DNA of 64,000 bases from an uncultured delta proteobacterium (lineage in GTDB: Bacteria; Desulfobacterota; Desulfobacteria; Desulfobacterales; Desulfatirhabdiaceae), in NCBI GenBank assembly GCA_963789395.1, contig CAWBKP010000022.1:333455-397454 (forward strand). The letters run 5' to 3'. The translations under genes and the position numbers were made by a program. Under the pieces are notes generated by a model. The model had not been told where the DNA came from and searched no databases. It was given only the letters and a program-made list of their open reading frames with translations. Position 1 is the first letter of the stretch; the number at the start of each line of letters is the position of its first letter. Below, in pieces: positions 19,650-29,564 of the stretch.

Positions 19650-21206
19650 TCAGACATTCCGATCGTGGCCCATCCAGTATTCATCCCGTAAAATCCGTTT
19701 CAGGATTTTGCCGGCCGGACTTTTGGGCAGGGCATCACGAAACTCCACTGTACTGGGCTTTTTGTAGCTGGCCATATTTTCCTTGCAGAAAGTAATCAGA
19801 TCGCCGGCCGTGGCGGTCTTTCCCGGCTTCAACACCACGATCGCCTTTACGGATTCTCCCCAGTGTGCATCCGGCACGCCGATAACCGTTGTTTCCAGCA
19901 CTGCCGGATGCCCGTAGAGCACTTCCTCCACCTCCCTGGGGTAGATGTTTTTGCCGCCGCTGATAATCATGTCGTTTTTGCGATCCACGATGTAGACAAA
20001 ACCATCCTTGTCCTGCCGGGCATAATCGCCGGTATGAAGCCAGCCGCCTTTCAGCAGACGGCTGGTTTCCTCCGGCAGCGCCCAATAGCCGACGGTCATT
20101 GCCTCGCCGCGAACGGTCAGCTCGCCCACTTCGCCCTGGGGAACCTTGCAATCCGTCTCATCCACTACCCGGACCTCGAAATGCAGGGCGGAACGGCCAC
20201 AGGAACCCAGGCGCTCCTGGCCGGCTTCGGTCTCCACCAGGTGGTCCTCGGGCCTCAGCACCGTTGTCATGGGTCCGGTTTCGGTCTGGCCAAAGAACTG
20301 CATGAACCCGCAATTGAAGCGGTTTAAGGCCTGTTTGAGAAGATTTACCGGCATGGGCGATGCGGCATAGAGGATCAGGCGCAGGGCGCTCAGATCGTAT
20401 TGCTCGATGGACGTTTCCTGGAGCAGGGTATTGATCATGGTGGGCACGAACTGGCAGATGGTGATGCGGTGCCGGGACAGAAGTTCCAGCACCTGGCGGG
20501 TGTCAAATTTGCCTTCCCGCCGGATTACGATGGTATTGCCCCGCAGGATGTGACAGAAGCGGTCTTCAAGGGTCACATGGTAAAAAGGAAACAGAAGCAG
20601 TACCCGGTCATCCGGGTGCAGGCCCATCTCGATGGCTCCTGCCAGCGCATTGAGGTAGTTGTGTCGATGGGTGCGCATGACGCCCTTGGGCTTGCCGGTG
20701 GTGCCGGAGGTCAGAAAGATGCTCATGAGATCATCCTCTTTGACTTCCACATCCGGCTCCGCTTCGGGTTGAGCATCCATCAACGCTTCATAACGCAGAT
20801 GGTTGGCCGAGGCAGTCGGTCCGATACAGATGGCGCCTTCCAGCGAGTCGAACTGCCCCATCAGTTTGTCAACCCGTTCGCCAAACTCGGCCTCGAAAAA
20901 AATAAACCGGGGCCGGATATAATCAATGTCCCGGAACATTTCCTTTTCGCGCAGCAGATTGTTGATGGGAACCATTACCCCGCCGATTTTGCTGAGGGCA
21001 AGGTAAATTTCATAGTATTCGATGCTGTTATGGGTCAGAACAGCCACCCGGTCTCCCCGCCGGAGAGAACGATCCAGCATTGCATGGGACAATCGGTTGA
21101 CCCGTCGGTTCAGCTGATCATAGGTAAGGGACTTTTCTTCCATGATCAGGGCGGTTTTATCCGGCACTCGACCGGCGGTCATCCGTAACATATCTCTGAT
21201 AAGCAT
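19650..21206 (-). CDS. Acyl/aryl-CoA ligase (AMP-binding)
   Basis: TSGTTGKPKG, FGQTE, WLHTGD, DRKNDMIISGGKNIYP, LPKSPAGKILK. AGGAG RBS before ATG 21206. Confidence 0.9.
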   Translation of the reverse strand: MLIRDMLRMTAGRVPDKTALIMEEKSLTYDQLNRRVNRLSHAMLDRSLRRGDRVAVLTHNSIEYYEIYLALSKIGGVMVPINNLLREKEMFRDIDYIRPRFIFFEAEFGERVDKLMGQFDSLEGAICIGPTASANHLRYEALMDAQPEAEPDVEVKEDDLMSIFLTSGTTGKPKGVMRTHRHNYLNALAGAIEMGLHPDDRVLLLFPFYHVTLEDRFCHILRGNTIVIRREGKFDTRQVLELLSRHRITICQFVPTMINTLLQETSIEQYDLSALRLILYAASPMPVNLLKQALNRFNCGFMQFFGQTETGPMTTVLRPEDHLVETEAGQERLGSCGRSALHFEVRVVDETDCKVPQGEVGELTVRGEAMTVGYWALPEETSRLLKGGWLHTGDYARQDKDGFVYIVDRKNDMIISGGKNIYPREVEEVLYGHPAVLETTVIGVPDAHWGESVKAIVVLKPGKTATAGDLITFCKENMASYKKPSTVEFRDALPKSPAGKILKRILRDEYWMGHDRNV

Positions 21207-21298
21207 GACATCAACTCCTGGCGATGTTGAAAATGGTGATTGCAGCGGTGAAGTTGATCCGGTCGAAATAATTCGTAACCGGATCAACCTCTCGATGT

Positions 21299-23567
21299 TT
21301 AGATTTTCCCGCCGTCGAGGATCTTCTCCGGGGTTATGGGAAGGTCCTTGCACCGGAATCCGGTGGCATGATAGACGGCATCGGCAATGGCGGGTGCCGT
21401 GGGGATGGCCAGTCCCTCGCCGGCTTCCTTGGCGCCCATCGGGCCTTCCGGCTCATAGGTGTGGATATGGGATACCTCGCTGGGCGGCACGTCCATGGCA
21501 TTGGGCATTTTGTAATCCAGAAAATTGGTATTCAGGGTTTTTCCGCCGTCCATCACGAACTGCTCCGAGAGGGCGTAGCCCAGCCCCATCTGAATCGATC
21601 CTTCAAGCTGTCCTTCAACCGCCATCTGATTGATCACCGTGCCGCAGTCATGGGCGGTCCAGAATTTCTTGACCTGGACAATTCCGGTTTCCGGATCCAC
21701 CGCCACCTCGGATACCTGAGCGCCGAAACTGAAAGCAGGCGTTACCATCCCCTTGTCTCGGGGCGTGTAATATCCGCGCTCGACAACCGGTTCGCCGCGG
21801 CCGGCCTTCTGCGTCATGGCCACCGCCTCGGCAAAGGAAACTCCTTTGTCCGGCTTGCCTTTTGAAAATATCCGGCCGTCCTTGCAGGCCAGTTCATGAA
21901 TGACATTCAGATTCAGCCGCGCCGAAACACTGCCGAACAGACGGGCTTTTATTTTTCTGGCCGCATCGACAACCGCATTACCGTTCATGACGGTCAGTCG
22001 GCTTCCCCAGGCGCCCAGGTCCGCCTGAGGCGTCATGGCCGTATCCGCCGACGTGATGCGGATGTCTTCCATCCTCAGTCCCAGCTCTTCTGCGAGAATC
22101 TGCTTCAGCACCGTATCGCACCCCTGGCCGATGTCCGCGGCCATGGTCAGCAGATGCGCGGTGCCATCGTCAAAGACCTTGACCTCGGCGGCTGAAAACG
22201 GATACTGGGTGTTGAACCAGTTGAACACGCCGCCTGATATGAAACTATAGCATCCGATGCCGATGCCGCAGCCTTTTTTCAGAGTTCTTTCGTTTTTCCT
22301 TCCAGTTGCTCATTTCAGCTACTTTCTCAAGCGCTTCGATAAAACCGCAGCTCGATATGGTGGCCACATCCGGAATTTTATCGCCGGTTACCTGCGCGTT
22401 TTTGATCCTCAGGTCGATCGGATCGATGCCAAGGGCTTCTGCCGCGATATTCATCTGCGATTCGGTGGCAAACAGCGACTGGGGGGCTCCGAACCCGCGC
22501 ATGGCGCTGGCGGGCGGTTTGTTGGTATAGACATGCTCGCCCAGAAAGCGGTAATTCGGATACCGGTACAGCATGGCCCCAAAGGTTCCGCATAAAAAGG
22601 TGGCCGTGGGTCCCATGGCGTTGTATGCGCCCCCGTCCAGAAGAATCCGCAGGTCTTTTGCGGTCAGGGTTCCGTCTTTTTTAAACCCGACCTTGGAAAC
22701 CAGCTTCATGGGATGGCGCCTTCTGCCTGCCAGAAACTCCTCTTCCCGGGTCAGGGTGAATTTTACGGGACGGCCGGTTTTCCTGGCCATGAAGGCCGCG
22801 CAGAACTCCCAGGTCCTGAGTTCCATCTTGCCGCCGAACCCGCCGCCCACAAAGGGTTTGATCACGCGGATGTCGTTTTCCCGCATATTCAGTGTCGAGG
22901 CCAGCAGGCACTGAATGATGTACGGTACCTGGGTGGATGTCCACAAGGTGATCCTGCCGTCCAGATCGCATTGCGCCAGCGCTGAACAGGGCTCAAGGTA
23001 CGCGGGGCTCACCGCGTGAACCGTGAACGTATCCTCCCGGACATAGTCTGATTCGGCAAAAGCCTGCTCCACATTTCCGTACTGGATTTTGCGGTTGACA
23101 CTGATATTGCCCGGGCAGTAGTCGTGAATGACCGGCGCTCCTTTTTGAATCGATGCGTCCACGTCAAAAACAGCCGGAAGCGCTTCGTATTCCACTTGGA
23201 TCAAGCCCAGCGCTTCTTCCGCAATGTCCAGGTCCACGGCTGCCACGGCGGCCACCTCATCTCCGATGAAACGCACCTTGTCAATCGCCAGCGGATATTC
23301 GTCCTGGGTATCGGGAAACAGGCGCCAGTTTCCGTACTTGATTTTGGGCGTGTCCGCTCCGGTAACGATGCATTTGACCCCCGGAATCGACGCTGCCCTG
23401 CTGGTGTCGATATGGACAATGCGCGCATGGGGAATAGGACTGCGTAGTATTCTGCCGTGCAGCATCCCCGGCAGCTTGATATCATCGGTGTATATCGCGG
23501 CTCCCGTTGCTTTGGCCCGCCCGTCATTTCTCGGGATATTCTTGCCAACAATACTGAACTCTTTCAT
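21299..23567 (-). CDS. Xanthine dehydrogenase family molybdopterin subunit (4-hydroxybenzoyl-CoA reductase alpha-like), one extra base near 22285
   Basis: GGGFGGK, AMRGFGAPQ, DIGQG, WGSR, GAKEAGEG. The two ORFs join as ...KRK(N/T)LKKGCGIGIGCYSFISGGVFNWF. Confidence 0.8.
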
Positions 23568-23589
23568 AGCCTGTCCTCTTTACCTGTAC

Positions 23590-24465
23590 TTATCGTTCCA
23601 GTGCATTTTTGTGAGCTTCCCTCAAAACGCGTCGGGTAAGCACCGCCACCATTTTCGATCGATAATCCGCGCTGGCCCGGACATCGGTAATGGGCTTTGT
23701 TTCCCATGACGCCTCTGCGCCTGCTTTATCAACGGCTTCCGCCGTCAATTCTTTCCCGCGGATCATTTTTTCGGCGTTTCTGGCGCGAACCGGCGTCGGG
23801 CCGCAGGCACTGATAAAGAGCCTGAGATCTTCGCACACCCGCCCTTTCAGGGTCAGCATGATTCCGGCACCAACGGCCGTGCAATCGAGCTTGCCCCGAG
23901 CGGAAAGGCTGAAATAGGCCGTTCCCGAATGCGGCGCCGGAATCGGAGCCTGAACGGACGTAACGATCTCAAAGGGTTCCAGGGCCGTGACACCCGGGCC
24001 TTTGAAAAAGTGCTCCAGCGGCAGGGTGCGGCCACCGGCAGGCCCCTGAATATGAACCTCGGCCCCCATGGCCAGAAGGGTGGGGGCATTGTCGGCGGAC
24101 GGCGAGGCATTGCACAGATTTCCGATCACCGTTCCCATGTTGCGCACCTGGACGTTGGCGGTTCCCCGCGCAGCCTGGGCAACCGTCGGATACTGTTTCA
24201 AGATATCCGGATGACTGGCCACATCGGCCAGAAGCGCCGTGGCGCCGATGGTCAGGCCTTTTGTTTCATCAAATGCGATGGTATCGAGTCCCGGAATATG
24301 CTTCAACGAGATGATGGCCCTGGGCTTAAGGCCTGCATGACGCATTTTAATCAGCAGATCCGTTCCGCCCGCCATCACCCGGGCGCCCGGACCCTTGGAT
24401 TGCAGCAGGTCGATGGCATCGATGAGCGTGGTGGGCGCAAAATAGTCAAAATGTGAAAGTCTCAT
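23590..24465 (-). CDS. Xanthine dehydrogenase family FAD subunit (CoxM/CutM-like)
   Basis: MAGGTDL, QVRNMGTVIGNLCNASPSAD, PITDVRASADYR. ATGA overlap with the FeS subunit gene. Confidence 0.88.
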   Translation of the reverse strand: MRLSHFDYFAPTTLIDAIDLLQSKGPGARVMAGGTDLLIKMRHAGLKPRAIISLKHIPGLDTIAFDETKGLTIGATALLADVASHPDILKQYPTVAQAARGTANVQVRNMGTVIGNLCNASPSADNAPTLLAMGAEVHIQGPAGGRTLPLEHFFKGPGVTALEPFEIVTSVQAPIPAPHSGTAYFSLSARGKLDCTAVGAGIMLTLKGRVCEDLRLFISACGPTPVRARNAEKMIRGKELTAEAVDKAGAEASWETKPITDVRASADYRSKMVAVLTRRVLREAHKNALER

Positions 24466-24956
24466 GACGGGCTCCTTTCTGAAGCATCTTTCATCTTTTG
24501 ACCCGCAATGGCGACTGCTTCCACGATCTTTGTATATCCCGTACACCGGCAAAGATTTCCGGACAACGCCTCCCGGATTTCGGTATCGGTCGGCGACGGA
24601 TTGTGATTCAGCAGATGCAGGGCCGATATCTCCATCCCCGGGGTGCAAAATCCGCACTGGATAGCGCCTTTTTCGATAAATGCTTCCTGAATGGGATGCA
24701 GGGTCTCGCCGGAAGGCGCCATGCCTTCGACGGTCATGATGGCTTTCCCCTCCATCTCTATGGCCAGGCTTAAACAGGAACTGACGGCACGGCCGTCGAC
24801 CAGTACCGTACAGGCGCCGCAATCCCCGGATCCGCAGCCGATTTTAACCCCCGTCAAGTTAATATCTTCCCGAAGCACCTCGTTCAGGGTCTGCCAGGGA
24901 TTAACGGCAACCGTGTAGGGTTCTCCATTGACGTTCAGCTCGATGACTTTTTTCAT
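24462..24956 (-). CDS. Xanthine dehydrogenase family [2Fe-2S] subunit
   Basis: GCGSGDCGAC, QCGFCTPG, NLCRCTGY. Confidence 0.93.
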   Translation of the reverse strand: MKKVIELNVNGEPYTVAVNPWQTLNEVLREDINLTGVKIGCGSGDCGACTVLVDGRAVSSCLSLAIEMEGKAIMTVEGMAPSGETLHPIQEAFIEKGAIQCGFCTPGMEISALHLLNHNPSPTDTEIREALSGNLCRCTGYTKIVEAVAIAGQKMKDASERSPS

Positions 24957-24997
24957 CTTTCCTTCTCCCGAATTTCAAATAAATATCAGCCCATCTC

Positions 24998-26146
24998 TTA
25001 ATACCGGCCCAGTATTTTTTTTGCGACAATGACTTTTTCAACTTCCTTGCTGCCTTCAAAAATCTCCAGCACCTTGGCGTTTCTCCAATAGTGAGCCACG
25101 CCGTATTCTTCCAGAATACCGTATCCGCCATGGAGTTGAATCGCCTCGTCGGCAACCTGGACCGCAACCTCCGCGCAGTACCATTTTGCCATGGAGCTAA
25201 GGCCGGGGTCCGGAGTGCCCGAATCCAGCTTGGAAGCCGCGCGATAGCACAGAGATCTTGCCGCTTCGGTTTTGGTGGCCATCTCCGCGATTTTCCCCTG
25301 GACCAACTGGAACTGAGCCAGTGGTTTTCCAAATTGCTGCCGCTTGCGAACATGGCTGACGGCCTTGTCCAGGGCGCCTTGGGCCGTCCCGACCCCCAGG
25401 GCCGCAACCTGTACGCGAGAGCGGTTAAAAAACTCCATGATGTTGTAAAAACCCTGACCTTCCTTTCCCAGGAGATTTTCCTTGGGAACCCTGACATTTT
25501 TTAAAACAACGTCCCCGGTATTCGACGCCCTCAAAGAGAGTTTGCCGTGATACGCCGTCGCCTGATATCCCGGCCGATCGGTCTCGACAATGATGGTGCT
25601 GAACCGTTGATGGACTTTGGGATGTTCCGGATTGGTGACGCACAGCACCACCAGAAAATCGGCCAGGTTGCAATTGGTGATAAATATTTTGCTGCCGTTA
25701 ATGACCCATTCATCGTTATCCAGAACAGCCGTTGTGCTGACGGATGCAACGTCGCTGCCGGCATCCGGTTCCGTGATCGCCATGCCCATCCGGATCTTTC
25801 CGTTACAGATCGGGGGCAGATATTTGCATTTCTGCGCTTCGGAACCCACCATCTGAATGAGCTGCGTACCGAAAAAAGTCGATTCAATCGCATGGGCAAT
25901 CCCCAGATCCACCCGGGCAAACTCCTCCACGATCAGGCACTGATCAAGGTAGCCCATACCCATGCCCTCGTATTTTTCCTCTATGAAAACCCCTAAAAAT
26001 CCGAGTTCCGCAGCCTTTTTCCACAGACGGTCATCGAATGATTCCTTTTTATCCAGTTCACGGGCGATTTCCCTGAACTCCCCTTCGGAAAATTCCCTTG
26101 CAGCTTTCTGGATTTTCACCTGATCCTGGGTCAACGAAAAATACAT
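24998..26146 (-). CDS. Acyl-CoA dehydrogenase
   Basis: ITEPDAGSD, NGSKIFIT, RQQFGKP, QLHGGYG, IFEGSKE. Confidence 0.93.
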   Translation of the reverse strand: MYFSLTQDQVKIQKAAREFSEGEFREIARELDKKESFDDRLWKKAAELGFLGVFIEEKYEGMGMGYLDQCLIVEEFARVDLGIAHAIESTFFGTQLIQMVGSEAQKCKYLPPICNGKIRMGMAITEPDAGSDVASVSTTAVLDNDEWVINGSKIFITNCNLADFLVVLCVTNPEHPKVHQRFSTIIVETDRPGYQATAYHGKLSLRASNTGDVVLKNVRVPKENLLGKEGQGFYNIMEFFNRSRVQVAALGVGTAQGALDKAVSHVRKRQQFGKPLAQFQLVQGKIAEMATKTEAARSLCYRAASKLDSGTPDPGLSSMAKWYCAEVAVQVADEAIQLHGGYGILEEYGVAHYWRNAKVLEIFEGSKEVEKVIVAKKILGRY

Positions 26147-26270
26147 AACACAACCCTTTCAATAATAAAGTTTGACGGCGTCGTAAAAAACACGACACGA
26201 GCTGCATGTCGGTTCCGAGCTCTTCCACAAAGCGCGCACGTTCTGTGAAGCGTGGCAGGGCATTTTGCCA

Positions 26271-26340
26271 AGTTAAAATATTAAAACGCTAATAATTTAT
26301 ATATTGACTATTAATATTTTAACTATATAATTCTGTCAAG
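26271..26340. promoter_or_regulatory. Overlapping divergent sigma70 promoters with a 14-bp inverted repeat (candidate MarR operator)
   Basis: Plus strand TTGACT(26304)-16nt-TATAAT; minus strand TTGACA(26339)-17nt-TATTAA; AGTTAAAATATTAA (26271-84) and TTAATATTTTAACT (26311-24). Confidence 0.6.
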
Positions 26341-26501
26341 AATAATTTATGTTCATTGGAAATCGTGGTATGATGTTTAACAGCTTGTTATCTTATATTA
26401 ATTTTTGTATCAATTATTATTGATATGCGTTGAAATTTGGTTGCCGTATTCTGTTTCCGGGCGTGATCCGGCTCAACCCTTTTTGAGAAGGATACATCAC
26501 G

Positions 26502-26954
26502 ATGTCTGATAGCGTTTACAAGAATGATATGAGCTTTGATGAGCGGGTGATGATGGCAATCGTGAGGCTGGCCGAACGCTTTAAAAAGGAATCTTCATTA
26601 TATTTGAAGGATTACAATATTACTTTTCCTCAGTACAACGTCCTCAGGGTATTGGACGCATCAAAAAACGGGCAGAATACGATGAAGAATGTCAACCGGA
26701 TCATGTTGATTTCAAGTGCGAACATGACCGGAATTACCCAGAGGCTGGAAAAAGTCGGACTCATCACCAGAAAGAACGCCCCGGAAGATGACCGCTTAAA
26801 ATATCTGGAAATCACGCCAACAGGAAGACAGGTGCTGAAGAATATTTCGGATAAAAAAGAGCGGGTTGTAAAAAAATATTTCCAGAAATATTCCGATGAA
26901 AAAAAATCGGAAATACTGTCGCTCTTAAAAGAAATCCTGAATAAAAAAAATTGA
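26502..26954 (+). CDS. MarR family transcriptional regulator
   Basis: ITFPQYNVL, ANMTGITQRLEKVGLITR, DDR...ITPTG. Confidence 0.92.
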   Translation: MSDSVYKNDMSFDERVMMAIVRLAERFKKESSLYLKDYNITFPQYNVLRVLDASKNGQNTMKNVNRIMLISSANMTGITQRLEKVGLITRKNAPEDDRLKYLEITPTGRQVLKNISDKKERVVKKYFQKYSDEKKSEILSLLKEILNKKN

Positions 26955-27176
26955 TGGCCTTGCCAATAAGTCAAGCATGTTTCCCATCCGGGACAGACCT
27001 GCTTGCGAAGAGAATCACATCAAATACCGTTCCACGCCCCTTCCAACGCCAACTTTTAACCATCCCTCCAAATTTTTCTTGACAAAAGTCATAGTAGCTG
27101 TAATGTAGCTTAAATGTAACTAATATGTGACGTTATTATCCGAATAGATATCACCGCACGATAAAGGAGACGCATT

Positions 27177-28307
27177 ATGGCCGATTTAAGCTGGTTACCG
27201 AGAGACTCAGGCGCAAAAGATCATTTTCTCTGGAGCGAAGCGCAGTTTTCATCCCAGGCCCCTGGGGTGATATTTGAGAAAAAGCCGGTTCTGGATGCCG
27301 GCGGCAAGCCGGTGGATGGACTTTATTCCGCCTGGATTACCCTGAACAACCCCACCCAGTACAACTCCTACACCACGGAAATGGTCAAGAGCGTCATCGC
27401 CGGTTTTCAGCGGGCGTCCGCGGACAGTTCGGTGGTTGCCGCCGTATTTACCGCCATGGGTGACAAGGCTTTCTGCACGGGCGGCAATACGCGGGAATAC
27501 GCCGAATACTATTCCGGCCGTCCCAATGAATACGGCCTGTATATGGATCTTTTCAATGCCATGGTGGATGGGATTCTGGGCTGCAAGAAACCCACGATCT
27601 GCCGGGTCAACGGCATGCGGGTGGCGGGCGGTCAGGAAATCGGCATGGCCTGCGATATCACGATCGCAAGCGATCTGGCCATATTCGGTCAGGCCGGCAC
27701 CCGGCACGGATCCGCACCGGATGGCGGCAGCACCGATTTTCTTCCCTGGATGCTGCCCATGGAACTGGCCATGTGGAACTGCGTGTCCTGCGAGTTCTGG
27801 AGCGCCTATAAAATGAAACAGCTGGGGCTCATATCCAAATGCTTACCGGTCATCAAGGACGGCGAGAAATGGGTCAGAAACCCGGCGGTAATCACGGATC
27901 AGTACCTGGACGACGGTGAAATCGTATACGGGGAGTTCAAGTCCGGCGACGCCGCCAAACAGGCCAGAGAATATGTCAAAACCGCCACGACCAGTTTCGA
28001 AAAGCTGGATGCGGAACTGAACAGAATCATCTGGACATTCACCAACCTGTTCCCCGGCTGTCTGATCAAAAGCGTTGAGGGAATCCGTCTGAAAAAGAAG
28101 TTCTTCTGGGATCAGGCCAAGGTCATCAATCGCCACTGGCTGGCCGCCAATATGGCCACCGAAGCATTTCTGGGATTCAATGCCTTCAACACCAAAAAAA
28201 TCACCGGCACGGACACCATCGATTTTATCGAATACAGAAGGCGGATTGCAGGCAGTTCGGCCTTTGACGCCGAATTCATGGCGGCGGTGCTGGGAAAGCC
28301 CAAATAA
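27177..28307 (+). CDS. oah: 6-oxocyclohex-1-ene-1-carbonyl-CoA hydrolase (ring opening; BamA/Oah)
   Basis: WITLNNPTQYNSYTT, AFCTGGNT.EYAEYY, RVNGMRVAGGQEIGMACD, HGSAPDGGSTDFLP. Confidence 0.93.
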   Translation: MADLSWLPRDSGAKDHFLWSEAQFSSQAPGVIFEKKPVLDAGGKPVDGLYSAWITLNNPTQYNSYTTEMVKSVIAGFQRASADSSVVAAVFTAMGDKAFCTGGNTREYAEYYSGRPNEYGLYMDLFNAMVDGILGCKKPTICRVNGMRVAGGQEIGMACDITIASDLAIFGQAGTRHGSAPDGGSTDFLPWMLPMELAMWNCVSCEFWSAYKMKQLGLISKCLPVIKDGEKWVRNPAVITDQYLDDGEIVYGEFKSGDAAKQAREYVKTATTSFEKLDAELNRIIWTFTNLFPGCLIKSVEGIRLKKKFFWDQAKVINRHWLAANMATEAFLGFNAFNTKKITGTDTIDFIEYRRRIAGSSAFDAEFMAAVLGKPK

Positions 28308-28340
28308 AATGGCTGGTTAAAGTCAGAATCTACATTCCGT

Positions 28341-28406
28341 GGACTTAGGGGGATTTTCAATCGGTTGTACGAAATCCCCCCTGGCCCCCTGACCAAAGGG
28401 GGGAAT
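28341..28406. repeat. GC-rich palindromic REP-like element
   Basis: TAGGGGGATTT...AAATCCCCCCTG followed by CCCCCT-GACCAA-AGGGGG nested hairpin. Confidence 0.55.
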
Positions 28407-28421
28407 TTCGATTGAATCTAT

Positions 28422-28553
28422 GAGCTTCTTGCAAACGTACCGCTGTTCGTCACCCCGGTGAAAACCGGGGTCCAGAAGCCTTTAAATTTGCTGGATACCG
28501 GCTTTCGCCGGTATGACGGAAGAGGTAATTTGAAGGGGTTTTGCAAGTGGCTC
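28422..28553. repeat. MITE/REP-like nested palindrome
   Basis: Outer IR GAGCTTCTTGCAAA / TTTGCAAGTGGCTC (12/14) encloses CGTCACCCCGGTGAAAACCGGGGTCCAG...CTGGATACCGGCTTTCGCCGGTATGACG. Confidence 0.65.
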
Positions 28554-28606
28554 CCGATATAACTTTTATCCACAATTCATAATGGGATTTTTAAAAGGAG
28601 TAACAT

Positions 28607-29356
28607 ATGCTGCTGGAAGGTAAAAGTGCGCTGGTGACCGGCGGATCACAGGGGATCGGGGCTGCCACATCCCTGGGGCTGGCTGCTGAAGGAGCCAATG
28701 TCTGTCTGCTGTACCGCAAACACGCGGATGAGGCGTTTAAAATCAGAGACGAAATTCTTCAAATGGGGCGAAAAGCCATAGCCCTTTCCTGTAATATCGC
28801 GTCGTTTTCAGAAGCCGAGCAGGTGGTGAAAACGACCCTTGAGGCCTTTGGACGGATCGATATTCTGGTCAACAATGCGGGAATGAACTGGGACGGGGTT
28901 TCCTGGAAAATGACCGAAGAGCAGTGGGACAAGGTCATCGAGGTCAACCTGAAAGGCTATTTCAATTTCACCCGACACGTTGCCCCGCTGTTAAAGGAAC
29001 AGCAATCCGGTAAAATCATCAACATCACATCCATCAACGGTATCCGCGGAAAATTCGGCCAGACCAATTACTCGGCCTCCAAAGCCGGCATCATCGGCTA
29101 TACCAAGGCTGTGGCCAAGGAGCTGGGCGCCTTCAACGTGAACGTGAACGCCGTTGCCCCGGGACTGATTGAAACAGCCATGCTGAAGGAAAACGAGGCC
29201 CACGACAAAATCGTCAATCTTGCCCTGGGGGAAATCGTCATGAAGCGCGTGGGGACTCCCGAAGATGTGGCCAATGTCATCGTGTTTCTGGCATCTGACA
29301 AGGCCCGTCACATTACCGGTGAAGTCATCAAAACGGATGGCGGACAATATATATAA
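28607..29356 (+). CDS. Short-chain dehydrogenase/reductase (FabG-like)
   Basis: TGGSQGIG, LVNNAG, YSASK, VNAVAPG. Confidence 0.9.
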   Translation: MLLEGKSALVTGGSQGIGAATSLGLAAEGANVCLLYRKHADEAFKIRDEILQMGRKAIALSCNIASFSEAEQVVKTTLEAFGRIDILVNNAGMNWDGVSWKMTEEQWDKVIEVNLKGYFNFTRHVAPLLKEQQSGKIINITSINGIRGKFGQTNYSASKAGIIGYTKAVAKELGAFNVNVNAVAPGLIETAMLKENEAHDKIVNLALGEIVMKRVGTPEDVANVIVFLASDKARHITGEVIKTDGGQYI

Positions 29357-29520
29357 TGCCTGAACGGTAAAGCCGTTCAGGCAAAATTCGAAGATCTAAA
29401 TCCGAAATTCGAAACAAATTCAAAATTCCAATGTCAAAACGCCTTAAATGTAACCCCGTCTGAAGATGTACAGTTATTATTGATTTTTCGTCATTGTTTC
29501 GGATTTCGATTTCGAATTTA
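29357..29520 (+). repeat. Hairpin+heptamer repeat, copy 2 (with inverted heptamer arm)
   Basis: Perfect 11-bp stem TGCCTGAACGG-TAAAG-CCGTTCAGGCA, heptamers to ~29435, reverse-complement arm TTGTTTCGGATTTCGATTTCGAATTT at ~29494-29519. Confidence 0.7.
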
Positions 29521-29564
29521 TATTTTAATACCTGGTGTTAACCACTATCCAATAGGAGAAATTT

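Noticed and set aside
22245..22300. Naturally split Mo subunit, selenocysteine or programmed frameshift
   Set aside because: Removing one base restores a continuous frame. No in-frame TGA or RBS for a second gene, and the same indel pattern occurs window-wide.
21299..24956. Mo enzyme as the missing benzoyl-CoA reductase
   Set aside because: Its motifs are xanthine dehydrogenase family. Class II BamB belongs to the tungsten AOR family, and class I BCR subunits are unrelated.
24998..26146. Naming the dehydrogenase as cyclohexanecarboxyl-CoA or glutaryl-CoA dehydrogenase
   Set aside because: Only generic ACAD motifs (C-terminal catalytic Glu in IFEG) are visible; specificity needs phylogeny.
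26170..26192. TTTGACGGCGTCGTAAAAAA as a MITE end
   Set aside because: No matching inverted arm found nearby.
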